A program made the translations under genes and the position numbers. The notes beneath the pieces were generated by a model. It made no database searches and was not told the DNA's origin. It saw only the letters and a list, made by a program, of their open reading frames with translations. This document shows positions 39,401 through 51,180 of a stretch of DNA of 64,000 nt, piece after piece; within the stretch, counting starts at the first letter, position 1, and every line of letters begins with the position of its first letter. Location: assembly GCF_030684315.1 (NCBI RefSeq), contig NC_081396.1, forward strand, positions 6,200,001 through 6,264,000, read 5' to 3'. The DNA comes from Stegostoma tigrinum. Its lineage: Eukaryota.

Positions 39401-39561
39401 GCACAGGCACAGAGCGAGACGATCATCCACTTCCAGTTGGAAGACAGACGCAAATACCTCCCCCTTGTCCCTGACAAAGTGCTGGCTCACTTGACAGACA
39501 TCAATTCCAGGCCTATAAACGTCAGCGGAATCGGACCCCAGTTGTCAGAACGAGCGTAGTT

Positions 39562-40533
39562 TCAGTTCTGGATGTGTTTAGCAGCAGCGATGACAATGGT
39601 GTCCAGCTCCTTCTTGTGAACCTGCTGGTGCCTCAGCAGATGGGTTGAATGAGTGAATCCCTTCCCACACACCGAGCAAGTGAACGGCCTCTCCCCGGTG
39701 TGAATGTGCTGGTGGGTCAGGAGGTGGGACGAGCGGGTGAACCTCTTGCCGCAGTCGGGGCAGGCAAACGGCTTCTCCCCGGTGTGAACCCGCTGGTGCC
39801 GCAGCAGGTCGCTCGTGGTTTTGAAGCTCTTCTCGCACTCGGAGCACTGAAAGGGCCTCTTATCCGAGTGGACCAGCTGGTGGGAAGTGAGGCTGGTCAG
39901 ATAAATGAAGGACTTGCCACACAAGGGGCAGGTGAATGGCCTCTCCCCGGTGTGAGAGCGCTGGTGTTTCTGCAGGCTGGACAACAGAGTGAATCCCTTC
40001 CCACACACGGAGCATCGGAAGGGCCTCTCCTCGTTGTGAACGCGCTGGTGGATCAGCAGGTCGCTCGTGGTCTTGTAACTCTTCTCGCACTCGGAGCACT
40101 TGAAAGGTCTCTTGTCCGTGTGCACGAGCCGGTGGGTGGCGAGGTGGGAGGAGCGCGTGAATCCCTTCCCGCACACTGAGCAGACGAACGGCCTCTCCCC
40201 GGTGTGCGTGCGCTCGTGTTCGACGAGGTTCTGCGACCGCTTGAACACCTTCCCGCAGTGGGAGCAACAGAACTGACTCTCGGCCTGAGGGGCCTGGTGC
40301 CTCAGCAGGTCGTCGGAGCCTTTGAGGCTGTTGTCACAGTCCGGGCCGTCCAGGAGCCTCTCTTCGGCGTGAACCCGCTGATGGGTCAGCAAGTGGGACG
40401 ACTGAGTGAACCCCTTCCCGCACAAGGAGCAGGTGAAAGGCCTTTCCCCGGTGTGACTGCGCCGGTGTATTTCCAGCAGGGATGGGTAATTGAACCCTTT
40501 CCCACAGTCCCCACATTTCCACGGCTTTTCCAT
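39562..40533 (-). CDS. tandem C2H2 zinc-finger protein, 10 intact + 1 broken finger, about 323 aa
   Basis: accATGG start at MEKPWKC; intact frame; acceptor-like ctcctcttgcag near 40821. Confidence 0.9.
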   Translation of the reverse strand: MEKPWKCGDCGKGFNYPSLLEIHRRSHTGERPFTCSLCGKGFTQSSHLLTHQRVHAEERLLDGPDCDNSLKGSDDLLRHQAPQAESQFCCSHCGKVFKRSQNLVEHERTHTGERPFVCSVCGKGFTRSSHLATHRLVHTDKRPFKCSECEKSYKTTSDLLIHQRVHNEERPFRCSVCGKGFTLLSSLQKHQRSHTGERPFTCPLCGKSFIYLTSLTSHQLVHSDKRPFQCSECEKSFKTTSDLLRHQRVHTGEKPFACPDCGKRFTRSSHLLTHQHIHTGERPFTCSVCGKGFTHSTHLLRHQQVHKKELDTIVIAAAKHIQN

Positions 40534-40884
40534 GGTTCTCTCCAGCTGGGGCTCAGCAGTTGAAATCTTGTCCACGCACAGATCGCAGGTACAGTTCCTC
40601 CCCACTGTGAACGGTGCAACAGTTTTTCACTGCAGTGGAACGCCCTCACTCTGGTGCGAGTGGCTGTGTCTAGCCTGTTACGCCCGTATTCAAAATATTT
40701 TCCCGCAGACAAATGTTTCTCCATCCACATCGACAGGTTGATAAGATTCAGGCTCTGACTCTGTTGGATCTTAATCTGGTTTTGTTTCAGTTTACCATTT
40801 AAAGTCAGCACCTTCCAAACCTGCAAGAGGAGATCATAGTGTCAATGTCACTGTCAGCACAGGTTAGAAATCCAGGATGGATAA

Positions 40885-41230
40885 TCACAGAATCCCTACA
40901 GTGTGGATGCAGCCCATTTAGCCCATTAAGTTCACATGGACCCTCCAAACAACATCCCGCCCAGACCCACCCCACCTATGTAACCCTGCATTTCCCACAG
41001 CTAACTCACCGAGCCTGCACATCCCTGGACACTGTGAGCATTTTAGCATGGCCATTCTAGCCTAACTTATGCATTCTTGGACCGTGGGAGGGAGCCGGAG
41101 TACCCGGAGCAAATGTATGCAGACGCAGGCAAAATGTGCAAACTTCGCATTTACAGTTGCCCGAGGTAGGAATCGAACCTGGGTTCCTGGTGCCATGAGG
41201 GAGCTGTGCTAACCAATGAGGCACTGTGCC
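40885..41230 (-). mobile_element. V-SINE (HE1-like)
   Basis: A/B boxes (ggttagcac, ggttcgattcc) and V-domain on minus. Confidence 0.75.
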
Positions 41231-41369
41231 AATAATCCCAGTTTCTGCAGAACATATTTTTCTTCTCTCATTTCCCAAACGCATGAACCAGTCAAATTCA
41301 TGGAAGCTTAAACATAGGTCTAAGAAAAGCAAAAGGAACCTTCCCAATTAAATGAGGACATGGTTACAT

Positions 41370-41900
41370 AAGGACATAAGAAATAGGAGCAGGAGTAGGC
41401 TTTCTGGTCCCTTGAGCCTATTCAATAAGATCGTGGCTGATCTTTGTTGTGGACTCAGCTCCACTTCCCCCCCCGCCCCACTCACCGTGATGCTTAATTC
41501 CTTTACTGTTCAAAAATTTGTCTATCTTTGCCTTAAAAACATTCAACAAGGTAGCCTCAACTGTGTCACTGGGCAGGGAATTCCACAGATCCACAACCCT
41601 TTGGGTGAAGACGTTCCTCCTCAGCTCAGTCCTAAATCTGCTCCCCCCTATTTTGAGGCTATGCCCACTGTTTCCAATGGTGGTTGAATCTAGAACTAGT
41701 CTCCCTGCTTCTATCTTATTAATTCCGTTCATAATTTTATATGTTTCTATAAGAATCTACCACGGCCAAACTCTTCTGAAATCCAATGAGTAGAGTCCCA
41801 GTCTACTCGATCCTTCCTCATTAGCCAAACCTCTAAACTATGGAATCAACCTTGTGAACTTGCTCCAGCATGAGGACATCCTTTCTCAAGTAAGGAGGTC
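41370..41900 (-). mobile_element. CR1 3' fragment
   Basis: GHSLKIGGSRFRTELRRNVFTQRVVDLWNSLP peptide. Confidence 0.85.
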
Positions 41901-42638
41901 AAGTGTGTACAATACATTCCACAATGGGGCTACAGAATAACAAGCAGATATTGCATTTCCTTTGCCAGGGACACCCAGGCTTCAGCAAGACAACTGAAGA
42001 GAGTTTGGGAGCCTCATATGGAGGGTCAGTGTGGGATCTGGAATTAAGGGCTCAATCAAATCCCATTTATTGTGTTCAGCCACAGTGACCCACCCCAGGC
42101 CACATTCCCAACACCCACCCTGATATTCCCTTGCTCATCCATGTCCTAGAAATTAGTGTTTTAGTGACAGCTAAAAGAGGATCCTCCACCCACACAGCCT
42201 TCTTCCATGCCCAAATCAAACAGCCAAAGATTAGGAGCAGCGGACAATGGTGTAACTTTCCCAGCACTGGCTAAGGACACCATGTGGGACTGTCCCCTCA
42301 CCCGAGGTATGGTGACCCATCAGTTGTCACAGGTTGCCCAGTCCATGCCAACATACTCCCAAATTAAACAAGTCCCATCTGCCTACTCCTGGTCAATATC
42401 TGTACAATCGTTTCCAATTCATATACTGATCCAAATGTCTTTTAAACATTGTAATTGCTCCCTTTCTCTCTCGAATGACAGAGTAGCCCCGTGATATTGT
42501 ACACAAAAGTGGAGGAGCAGCCTCAGGAGGAATACCATCTATCGCGATTAATATATTATACAGATGCCCCATGAATCCTCTAGGAAGTTCATCCAGCTAC
42601 AAACTTTGTTATCTGGCAAACACAAACTGTCGCCTGAG

Positions 42639-42769
42639 ATAATGGGAACTGCAGATGCTGGAGAATTCCAAGATAATAAAATGTGAGGCTGGATGAACAC
42701 AGCAGGCCAAGCAGCATCTCAGGAGCACAAAAGCTGACGTTTCGGGCCTAGACCCTTCATCAGAGAGGA
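42639..42769 (-). mobile_element. young Penelope-like end with intact hammerhead motif
   Basis: Near-identical to 63813-63945; core at 42736-42763; 11-bp TSD tgtcgcYtgag at 42628-42638 and 42770-42780. Confidence 0.8.
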
Positions 42770-42789
42770 TGTCGCTTGAGCCTGCTTTT

Positions 42790-43330
42790 GAGCGTTCGGG
42801 CGCTAGGACCTGTTGGCGCAACCAGACTCGCTAAAATCCCCACTCCCAATTACGTCACCCGGGCCTTCACGCATGCGCATTGCACCCCGCGGATCCAAGA
42901 TGGCGGCCGTCCGGCAGGAGGTGATCCCGGGAAAAGGCTCCGGAGTCACTAACGCGGGACTCGCAGATCGTCAATCGAGGTTCGAAGAGTTTAGTAAGTG
43001 TTTAAAAACCATTCCGGTCTGCGCTCCGGCCCAATCGCTCGCTCCGCGGTCCCGCATCCTCACCCCCTGCAGATGAGAAAAAAGCAGCGTCTGTGCCCGT
43101 TTTGTTCACTGTCAGTGCGCATGCTCAAGCCACTGGGTGGTACTGCGCCTGCTCACCGCTCTTCTGTGACCTAGATAGGGGACATTCACGGCCCCGGGGC
43201 ATGGTGGGTAAAGACAGTGCCATTGCTCGCGGGTGACTTAAAAATGAAAATATGATTTGGCTTGCAAGACGAGCTTGGCGCTCAATAAAATCAGTAACCA
43301 AATTATATTGAAATAGCGGCGGTGTAAAGG
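42790..43330. promoter_or_regulatory. CpG island, probable bidirectional promoter between head-to-head ZNF genes
   Basis: NRF1-type CGCATGCGCA at about 42870, YY1 CAAGATGGCGGC at about 42897, TTACGTCA at about 42850, donor-like GTAAGT at 42994; divergent ZNF ORFs on both sides. Confidence 0.7.
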
Positions 43331-43394
43331 CCAAGAGTGTCTGGAGTTGGTTTAGCTAATAAACAGTGCTGGACCAAAAGAGTGAGTGCTTTTT

Positions 43395-44020
43395 ACTTTA
43401 TTACATTATTTATGGGATGAAGTTTTCACTGACCAGTCCAGCACATATTGTGAATGCCTAATAGTTAGGATGGAGAATTTCAAGACCAGGGAGTGCATAT
43501 TTCAGGTGAGAGGAGAGAGATTTAGAAAGAAATCATGAGAGGCAATTTTTTTACACAGAGGGTGGTTTGTGTGTGGAATGAACTTCCTGTGGAAGTGGTG
43601 GATGTGGGCAAAGTTACAACGTTTGAAGACATATGGATAAGTACATGAGTAGAAAAGGTTTAGAGGAATATGGGCCAGGAGCAGGCAGGTGGGATGAGTT
43701 TATGTTCAGCGTGGACTGGTTGAACTGAAGAGTCTGTTTCCATGCTGTATGACTCTGTGAGTCAGCTATTACTGTTGTGGGTCTTGACTCAATACAGCCT
43801 ATACCAGGTCAGGACAGCAATGTCCTTCCCTAAAGGATATTAAGTGAACTACATTTTTTTCTGACAATTTACAGCAGTTTCATGGTCAGCATTCAACTTA
43901 GTCACAGGTTTTTCTTTATTATTAAATTCATGTTCCCAACATCTGCCATGCCTGATTCAAACCAGACATTATTTGGTTCTCTAGATCAGTAGTCTCATGA
44001 TGATACCACTAGGCCATAGT
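43395..44020. mobile_element. SINE family A (-) split by a CR1 3' end (+, about 43465-43760)
   Basis: SINE halves flank a CR1 3' UTR fragment. Confidence 0.6.
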
Positions 44021-44466
44021 GAGCTGGAAATTTACAGCTTTAGTGGGGCTAGAGGAAAAAAATATTTAATAGTAATTTGAATTCTCCATTCTGAATTTCT
44101 ATCATCTATTCACAGTGATGACATTTCTAAATTTTATCACAAAATACTAAACACGAACCAAACATCAAGCCAAGATCTTGTAGAATCATTCAATCCATCA
44201 GGACCTGAATATCGTTGGCTTTTGAACATGGAAGGAGAATTATTTGACTTCTCTGTGGGAGTGTTTCAAACATCAGTATGACTGGAAAAGTGACAAGAGT
44301 TGCATGCTCAAGTGAAAGTGTTTCAGTGCACTGATTACAGAAATAGCTTTAACCATTTACCCAGTCTGAAACATATATCACGCCATTGCGAAGAGACGTA
44401 TCATGGTTTTTTGGACGAGGAATCAACTGATCACGTAGCATCGAGAGACAGAAGGGTACCCATGTC

Positions 44467-45225
44467 ATGGAGAAACCATGGAAATGTGGGGACTGTGGTA
44501 AGGGATTCAGAACACCATCTGAGCTGGAAATTCATCGGCGCAGTCACACTGGAGAAAAACCATTCACCTGCTTTGAGTGTGGGAAGGGATTCTCACGTCT
44601 GTCTCAACTCACTGAACACCTGCGAGTTCACACTGGCGAGAAGCCATTCACCTGCACAGGTTGTGGGAAGGGATTCACTTGTTTAAGTAACCTCACTTCA
44701 CATCAACTAGTTCACACTGATACGAGGCTTTATAAATGTTCTGGCTGTGAGAAGAGCTTCAAAAGCACAAGGGATCTACTGAGACACCAGTATGTCCACT
44801 CAAGTCAGAGGCCATTCTCCTGTTCTGTCTGTGGGAGGGGGTTCACTCGGTCATCCAGCCTGCTGAGACACCAGCGTGTTCACACTGAGGAGCGGCCGTT
44901 TTCTTGCATGAAGTGTGGGAAAAGGTTCACCCGGTCCTGTACTCTGCACAGGCACCAACAAATCCACACAGTGGAGAACCCGTTCATCTGCCCAGAGTGT
45001 GGGAAGGGGTTCACTCAGTTGTTCCAACTGCTGCGACACCAGCGAGTTCACACAGCCGAGAGGCCGTTTGTCTGTTTGGAATGCGGGAAGGGATTCATTC
45101 AGTCGTTTGAGCTGCTAAGGCACCGACGAAGTCACACTGGGGAGAGACCGTTTATCTGCTCTAAGTGTGGGAAGGGGTTCACTCAGTCCTCCCATCTGCT
45201 GAGACACCAGCAAGTTCATGAGTAA
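44467..45225 (+). CDS. tandem C2H2 zinc-finger protein, 9 fingers, 252 aa
   Basis: gtcATGG start MEKPWKC, 9 intact fingers, ends HQQVHE*. Confidence 0.9.
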   Translation: MEKPWKCGDCGKGFRTPSELEIHRRSHTGEKPFTCFECGKGFSRLSQLTEHLRVHTGEKPFTCTGCGKGFTCLSNLTSHQLVHTDTRLYKCSGCEKSFKSTRDLLRHQYVHSSQRPFSCSVCGRGFTRSSSLLRHQRVHTEERPFSCMKCGKRFTRSCTLHRHQQIHTVENPFICPECGKGFTQLFQLLRHQRVHTAERPFVCLECGKGFIQSFELLRHRRSHTGERPFICSKCGKGFTQSSHLLRHQQVHE

Positions 45226-45521
45226 TTGCTCCTATTAATGACATTCAAGACTGGTCTATGGGCTCTGTTCCTACTAAAGTTAATAACCCCTATAGCTGGA
45301 CTGGAATTTAATAGTTTGCTGTGTATTATGTATAACAACCATTTGCAACTTATATGCTGTGTATTTGAGGAGAGAAACTGACATTGCTGTAATATCACAT
45401 TAATGGAACATGGAAATGAGCAAGTCACATTCCTGGGAGGGTGCTGAATCTGTCTGAACACGTTTTAATTCACCAGCTGTAGTCAGGGCAGAGAGCCAAG
45501 ATCCAAGGAGCTGAAGAACTT

Positions 45522-45860
45522 GGGTGACACAATGGCTCAGTGGTTAGCACTGCTGTCTCACAGTGCCAAGCACCTGGGTTTGATTTCAGCCTAGGATGAC
45601 TGTCTGTGTAGAGTTTGCACGTTCTACCCGTGTCTGCGTGGGTTTCCGCCAGGTGCTCCTGTTTCCTCCCACAGTCCAAAGATGTGCAGACTGAGTGGAT
45701 TGGCCGTGCTAAATTGCCCGTAGGGTCCAGGGACATGTAGGTTAAGTGGATTAGCCACAGGAATGGGCAGGGGGTTGAGACTGGGTGTGATGCTATTCAG
45801 AGAGTCGGTGTGGACTTGTTGGGCCGAATGGCCTGTTTCCACAATGTAGTGATTCTGTGA
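45522..45860 (+). mobile_element. V-SINE (HE1-like), near full length
   Basis: tggctcagtggttagc A-box, B-box remnant, V-domain, CR1-like tail. Confidence 0.8.
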
Positions 45861-46229
45861 CTCAGGAGGGAGGCATCAGATAAGGAAGTGGAACCGAGCT
45901 GGCCAGGTGAGGAGAAAAAGCCAATAAAAAAGTGCAAATAGGTCAGACTGCATGGGAGCCACTAGCAGATACGAGTTTAGGTAGATGCAGTGTAGACGCC
46001 TTTCAGCCCTGCCTTTGTGTCAGAGGGGCCAAGTTGATGTCAAGAAACAGTTTTATTCAGGTGAAAGCATATAACATGACATAATGAATGGGTCACTTCT
46101 CCTGTATAATGCCACTGCTGCGTGAACTCTGTATAGATATTCAAGATGAACACAAGTAACTGCTGCCTTACAGTATTACAGCAGCAAGTGAGAGCAAATA
46201 GATACCATCAGTTGGTGGGGACAAACTGG

Positions 46230-46845
46230 GTCATGTTGTGGAACAGAGAGACCCAGGCATTCGGGTACATAATTCTTTAACGTTTGTGTCACGTATAGTT
46301 AAGGTGGTTAAGAAGGCATTTGACATGTTTACCTTCACTGCACACACCTTTAAATTGAGGATATTGGTGAGGCCTCTTCAGGACACTGTGTCCAGCCCTG
46401 GTCTCCCTGTTACAGGAAGGATATTATTAAGCTGGAGAGGGTTCAGAAGAGTTTTACCACAATGTTGCTAGGTATGGAGGGTTTGAGTTACAGGGAGAGG
46501 CTGGATAGGCTGGGACATTTTTCACTGGAGTATAGGTGTGTATCACAAGAGCCTTATCCTGAGGGTGGGGGATTTCAAGGGACATATTTTTAAGGTGAGA
46601 GGAGAAAAATTTTGAAAAAGACATGAAGGGCACTTTTTAACAGAGTGTGATCTGTGTGTGGATTGAACTTTCTCAGGAAGCGGTGTTACAGGTACAGTTA
46701 CAACATTTAAAAGACATTTTGATAAGTACATGAATAAGAAATGTTTGGAGAGCTATGGGCGCAGTGCAGGCAGGTGGGACTAGTTTAGTCAGGGATTATG
46801 GTCAGAATGGATGGAAGGGTCTGTTTCCTTGCCGTATGACTATAA
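46230..46845 (+). mobile_element. CR1 3' fragment
   Basis: Same CR1 C-terminal and 3' UTR motifs. Confidence 0.8.
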
Positions 46846-48094
46846 CTGGAGATCACACAGACAGATGCATCCATGGGTCAGGATCACCTGCCAAATTTTG
46901 GTTATTGCTCAGCTGGTATCGGCCATATACCAGAACTCCCTTCCTAACAGTATTGTGGGTGATCCGACGCCAACAAGGACAGATGATGTTCATGAATATA
47001 GCTCACCACCACGTTCTCAAGGGCAATTAAGGATGAGCAGTAAGTGCGACATTTCAAAATAGGTAGGATGCTACTTCACTGGGGCTGAGTATCAGCAAAG
47101 GATATCGCTGGGAAAATGGCTTAAATTGCATTTTATGTTTAAATTGTTATTGGAACAGTTGCTGTTTAGTGGTGAAATAATCCATTATTCTGTTACATTT
47201 TCCAATAGTTTTGGGTTATCCCAAATTCTTCTTTCTTTTGTTGTATTTTAACTACAGTGTATGAATAAAGTGTTTTTTGCTTCAAGCCTGGTAGTTTGAG
47301 CAATCCAATTGCATCCAGAATGTAATGCCTGGCACTTACCTCTAAAATACAAAAAAGTTCGGGTCCAGGCTATATTCTTAATGTATTTTGAGGGGGTTTT
47401 GTCTGGCCCATAGCACATGGAACAATTGTGAGGAGCTCATGGAATTTTTCATAAAGACTATGTGAGACCATCTGATCAGTTGCCTCTACCATGCCCCTCC
47501 CTTACCATGAATCAGGAGGGCACTCTGCCCCCAAAGTTCTTTTTTTAAAACCTCCTCTCGTAACCTCCTCTGGTTTCTGTTCCTGTTGTAACCTGTCAGA
47601 GCTCACCTTGTCCGTGAGGCCTGTTTCTAGGTCTTCTCAGCCTTACTCCTCCAAAACTGATGACCTCCCCATGTTCACGGACGTTGTTTGACATTTTTTT
47701 TTTCTCTCTCCATCTTCAAATTCACTGTCTTCATCCATCCTGAGAGAAATAAAACAACCTGTCAACCCAACCATTACACAAACTACTGTGCCCCCTTTCT
47801 AATCTTTCTTTCTTCTGCAAAGTCCTTGAACTTTGTGACCATGCCCCCTCCAATTCAGAGTTATGGAGATGTACAATACAGATAAAGGCCCTTCAGTCCG
47901 TAATGGCTGCACCAGTCAAAAGCAAGTAGTTAATTATTCTATTCCATTTTCCAGCACTTAGCCCACAGCCTTCAATATATATTGATGTCGCACTGGAAAC
48001 GCTTTCTCTTTACTTACTGCTCAAAATCACTCACAATGTTGTAAACCTTCTATGTTCCCTCTCTAAAACCTCCTGCCAAGCTATGATGCCCAGA

Positions 48095-48595
48095 ATTGCT
48101 ATGGGAAAGATGTTGTTAAACTTGAAAGGATGCAGAAAAGATTTACAAGGATGTTGCCAAGACTGGAGGGTTTGAGCCAGAGGAATAGGCTGGGGCTGTT
48201 TCCACGGTGGGTCAGGGGCTGATGGCTGACCTTATAGAGGTTTATAAAATCATGAGGGGCACAGAGAGGATAAACAAGCAAGGTCTTTTCCCTAGGATAG
48301 GGGAGTCCAAAACTGGAGGTTTAAAGTGGGAGGGGAAAGATATAGAAGGGACCCAAGAGGCAGCTTTTTCACACAGAGGGTGGTGTGTGTATGGAATGAG
48401 CTGGCAAGAGAAGTGGTGGAGGCTGATACAATTACAACATTTAGAAGGCATCTGGATGGGTACTTGACTAGGAAGGGTTTAGAGGGATATGGGCCAAATT
48501 CTGGGAAATAGAACTAAGTTAATTTGGGATAAGTGGTCGACATGGACAAGTTGGACTGAAGGGTCTGTTTCCCTGCTGTACTTCTCCATGACTCT
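48095..48595 (+). mobile_element. CR1 3' fragment
   Basis: ADLIEVYKIMRG...GLFPRIGESKT peptide. Confidence 0.85.
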
Positions 48596-49309
48596 AAATA
48601 TAACACTGCTGCAATTCTACTAGACCATTGAGAATCTGGAGCTCAAATGGTTATTGGATGATTATACCAGCAGTTTTCATCCTCCTGTAAACATTTTGTT
48701 GATATTTTAATGCCAAATCTTTATTTAAAAAATAATAAATATTAGTATTAACCGTTTTTGTGCTGCATGACACTATGAATCCATTAGATCTACTAATAGT
48801 GGACTTCTCATTCTTATGCTACCATTAGACATTAACCAATGGTACCTTGTTAGTTTGTACGTGTGCACTGATAACCACCCAGCCCATCTCTTCAGATCTA
48901 ACAGTAACTTTCTTCACCCATTCTGAGAGGGGAAAAAACTTCCCAAACCCACCATTACACAAACCACTGTCCCCTCTCTAATCTTCCTTGGACTCTTCTC
49001 AAACTAGGGGAAGATTTTCACAAAAAAGCAGAAGCAGCAAGGGAGAGGGATGGATTGCAATATTTTCAGAGACAGTATCGGCACATTATTCCGAGTGGGC
49101 ACCTCATGATCGCTGAGGCTGTCATACAGGTTTATGATGAATTATTAAACTACATATTATAGAATATTGTAGTGTGTCACAAACAGAGGCTGTTTGGTCC
49201 ATCAAGTGTGCGCTGGCCCCCGTCAGAAAGCAATCCATTGAATTCCACTCCCTCGCTGTTCGCACATCACCTTGGGTCTCCTGGCCACTGAGGAGAAGAA
49301 ACCGTGGAC

Positions 49310-49840
49310 GTCTTTTGGAGTAGTGTGTGCAGTTCTGGTCACCCTATTGTGGGAAGGATGTAATTGAGCTGGAAAGAGTTTAGAAGGGATTTACCAGGAT
49401 GTTGCCGGGAATGGAGGGTTTACGTTATAAGGAGAGGCTGGCTAGGCTGAGAATTTTCTCACTGGAGCGTGGGAAGTTGAGAGTTGACCTTAGAGAGGCT
49501 TATAAAATCATGAAAGGTTTAGGTAGGGTGAATGATAGGTGTCCTTTCCCTAGGATGAGGGATTTCAAGACTAAGGACCTTATTTTTAAGGTGAGAGAAG
49601 AGAGATTTAAAAAAGACAAGGGGCAAGTTTTTTAACACAGAGTGGAATCAATTTCCTGAGGAAGTGGTGTACGTGGACACAGTTACACTGTTTAAGAGAC
49701 ATTTAGATAAGTACATGATTAGGAAAGGTTTGGAGGGATATGGTCCAAGAGCAGGCAGGTGGGACTGGCTTAGTTTGGGATTATGGTTGGTGTGGACTGG
49801 TTAGACCAAAGGACCTGTTTCTGTGCTGTATGACTCTGTA
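49310..49840 (+). mobile_element. CR1 3' fragment
   Basis: MLPGMEGLRYKERL...FSLERGKLRVDL peptide. Confidence 0.85.
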
Positions 49841-50084
49841 AGTACTTGTGTCTAAAAGTAAACCCTTTTATATTGTGAGGACAGTATGATTAGCAAACTG
49901 AGCGTCCCTTTGATGTTTGCGGATTGGAAATACCCTGAGCCTAACTGGGTCACAAATAACTCAGGATAAACCCAGTAATTCTTCCTGCATCTGGACTGGC
50001 TGGACCGAAGGGTCTGTTTCTGTGCTTGATGACTGTATGAGCTAAGTGTAGGAAGAGATTCATTTCACCGTCTGAGCCAGAAAG

Positions 50085-50200
50085 TCAACCCCACATAGTC
50101 AGCTGGGAGAAACCATACACGTTCTCTGTGTGGGATAAGGGAATCACATGGCCATCCAGCCTCCAAACGCACCAACATGTTCAAAAGGACAGACAGGATG
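50085..50200 (+). pseudogene. single-finger ZNF relic
   Basis: gggagaaaccatacacg...aagggaatcacatggccatccagcctccaaacgcaccaacatgttca. Confidence 0.5.
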
Positions 50201-50529
50201 TAACAGGTACAGTGATAAGAGCTTTTAAGTACCTGTTCACATCTTATAATCACAGGAACTGTCGCAGCTCCCCATATGAGGGTGTGTGAGGCAGAGGTTT
50301 GGCTTAGTGAGCTCCCAGTCAGCAATGCTTGCTGTGGAGCTCAGACTGATACCTGATGGCTGCGAGAACTCTTTAAGTCCTTGCAATTTTCTGTCGATGG
50401 GCACAGCCTAAGCATTGTCTGGCTGCTGCTGTAAAAATGACAGCATTTGTATCTTTTTGTAGAGTCATTTTCTTTAATGGTAAGAATCAGTGTATTCATA
50501 AACACTATACAGTTATATTAATAATTACA

Positions 50530-51180
50530 AGATCATAAAATGTAGGAGCAGAAGTAGGCCATTCATCCCATCCAGTCTGCACTACTATTCAATGAGAATG
50601 TGGCAGGTCTGGTCATTTTCAACTCCCCTTTCCTGCCTTTTCCCCATAACCCTTGATTCCCTTCCTGATTAAAAATCTCTCTCAGCCATGAATATACTTA
50701 AGGACCCAGCCATGACTGCCCTCTGCGGTGAAGAATTCCACAGATTCACTCCCCTCAGGGAAGATATTTGTCCTCATCTTTGTCTAAAATGGTCAACCCC
50801 TCGCTGAGATGATGCCCTTTGACCTAGACTCTCCCACAAGGGGAAAGAAGCCTTTTGCGAGTCTCCTGTCAAATCCCTTAACCCTATGTTTCAGTAAGTT
50901 CACCTCTCATTCTCCTAAACTGCAATGAGTACAGGCCCAAGCTACACAACCTTGCCAATCCCAATACATCTTTCCTCTGATAAGGCAGACCAAAACTGTT
51001 CACAGACTTCCCTATTTTATTACTCCGTTTCATTTATCTTCCCGGATACCCACTGAACATCGATTCTTGCAGTTTGTGATTCTTGTGCGAGGACTTGCAA
51101 AACCCTCTGTGTTGCAGCTTTCTCCACCCTCTATTTAAATAATATTCAACTCCTCTTCTTGCCAAAGTGCATAACCTGAA
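50530..51180 (-). mobile_element. CR1 3' fragment
   Basis: 3' UTR motif gtaggagcagaagtaggccattc as in 41370-41900. Confidence 0.7.

Noticed and set aside
39578-40826. Antisense and alternative-frame ORFs over ZNF exons (also at 3627, 15438, 25681, 53844, 58990)
   Set aside because: Expected shadows of periodic GC-rich ZNF codons
45522-45600. tRNA-like A/B boxes at SINE heads
   Set aside because: Continue into V-SINE bodies, so not tRNA genes
47715-48990. About 75-bp imperfect repeat at about 47737 and 48920
   Set aside because: Probably two fragments of one old unidentified repeat; no further structure
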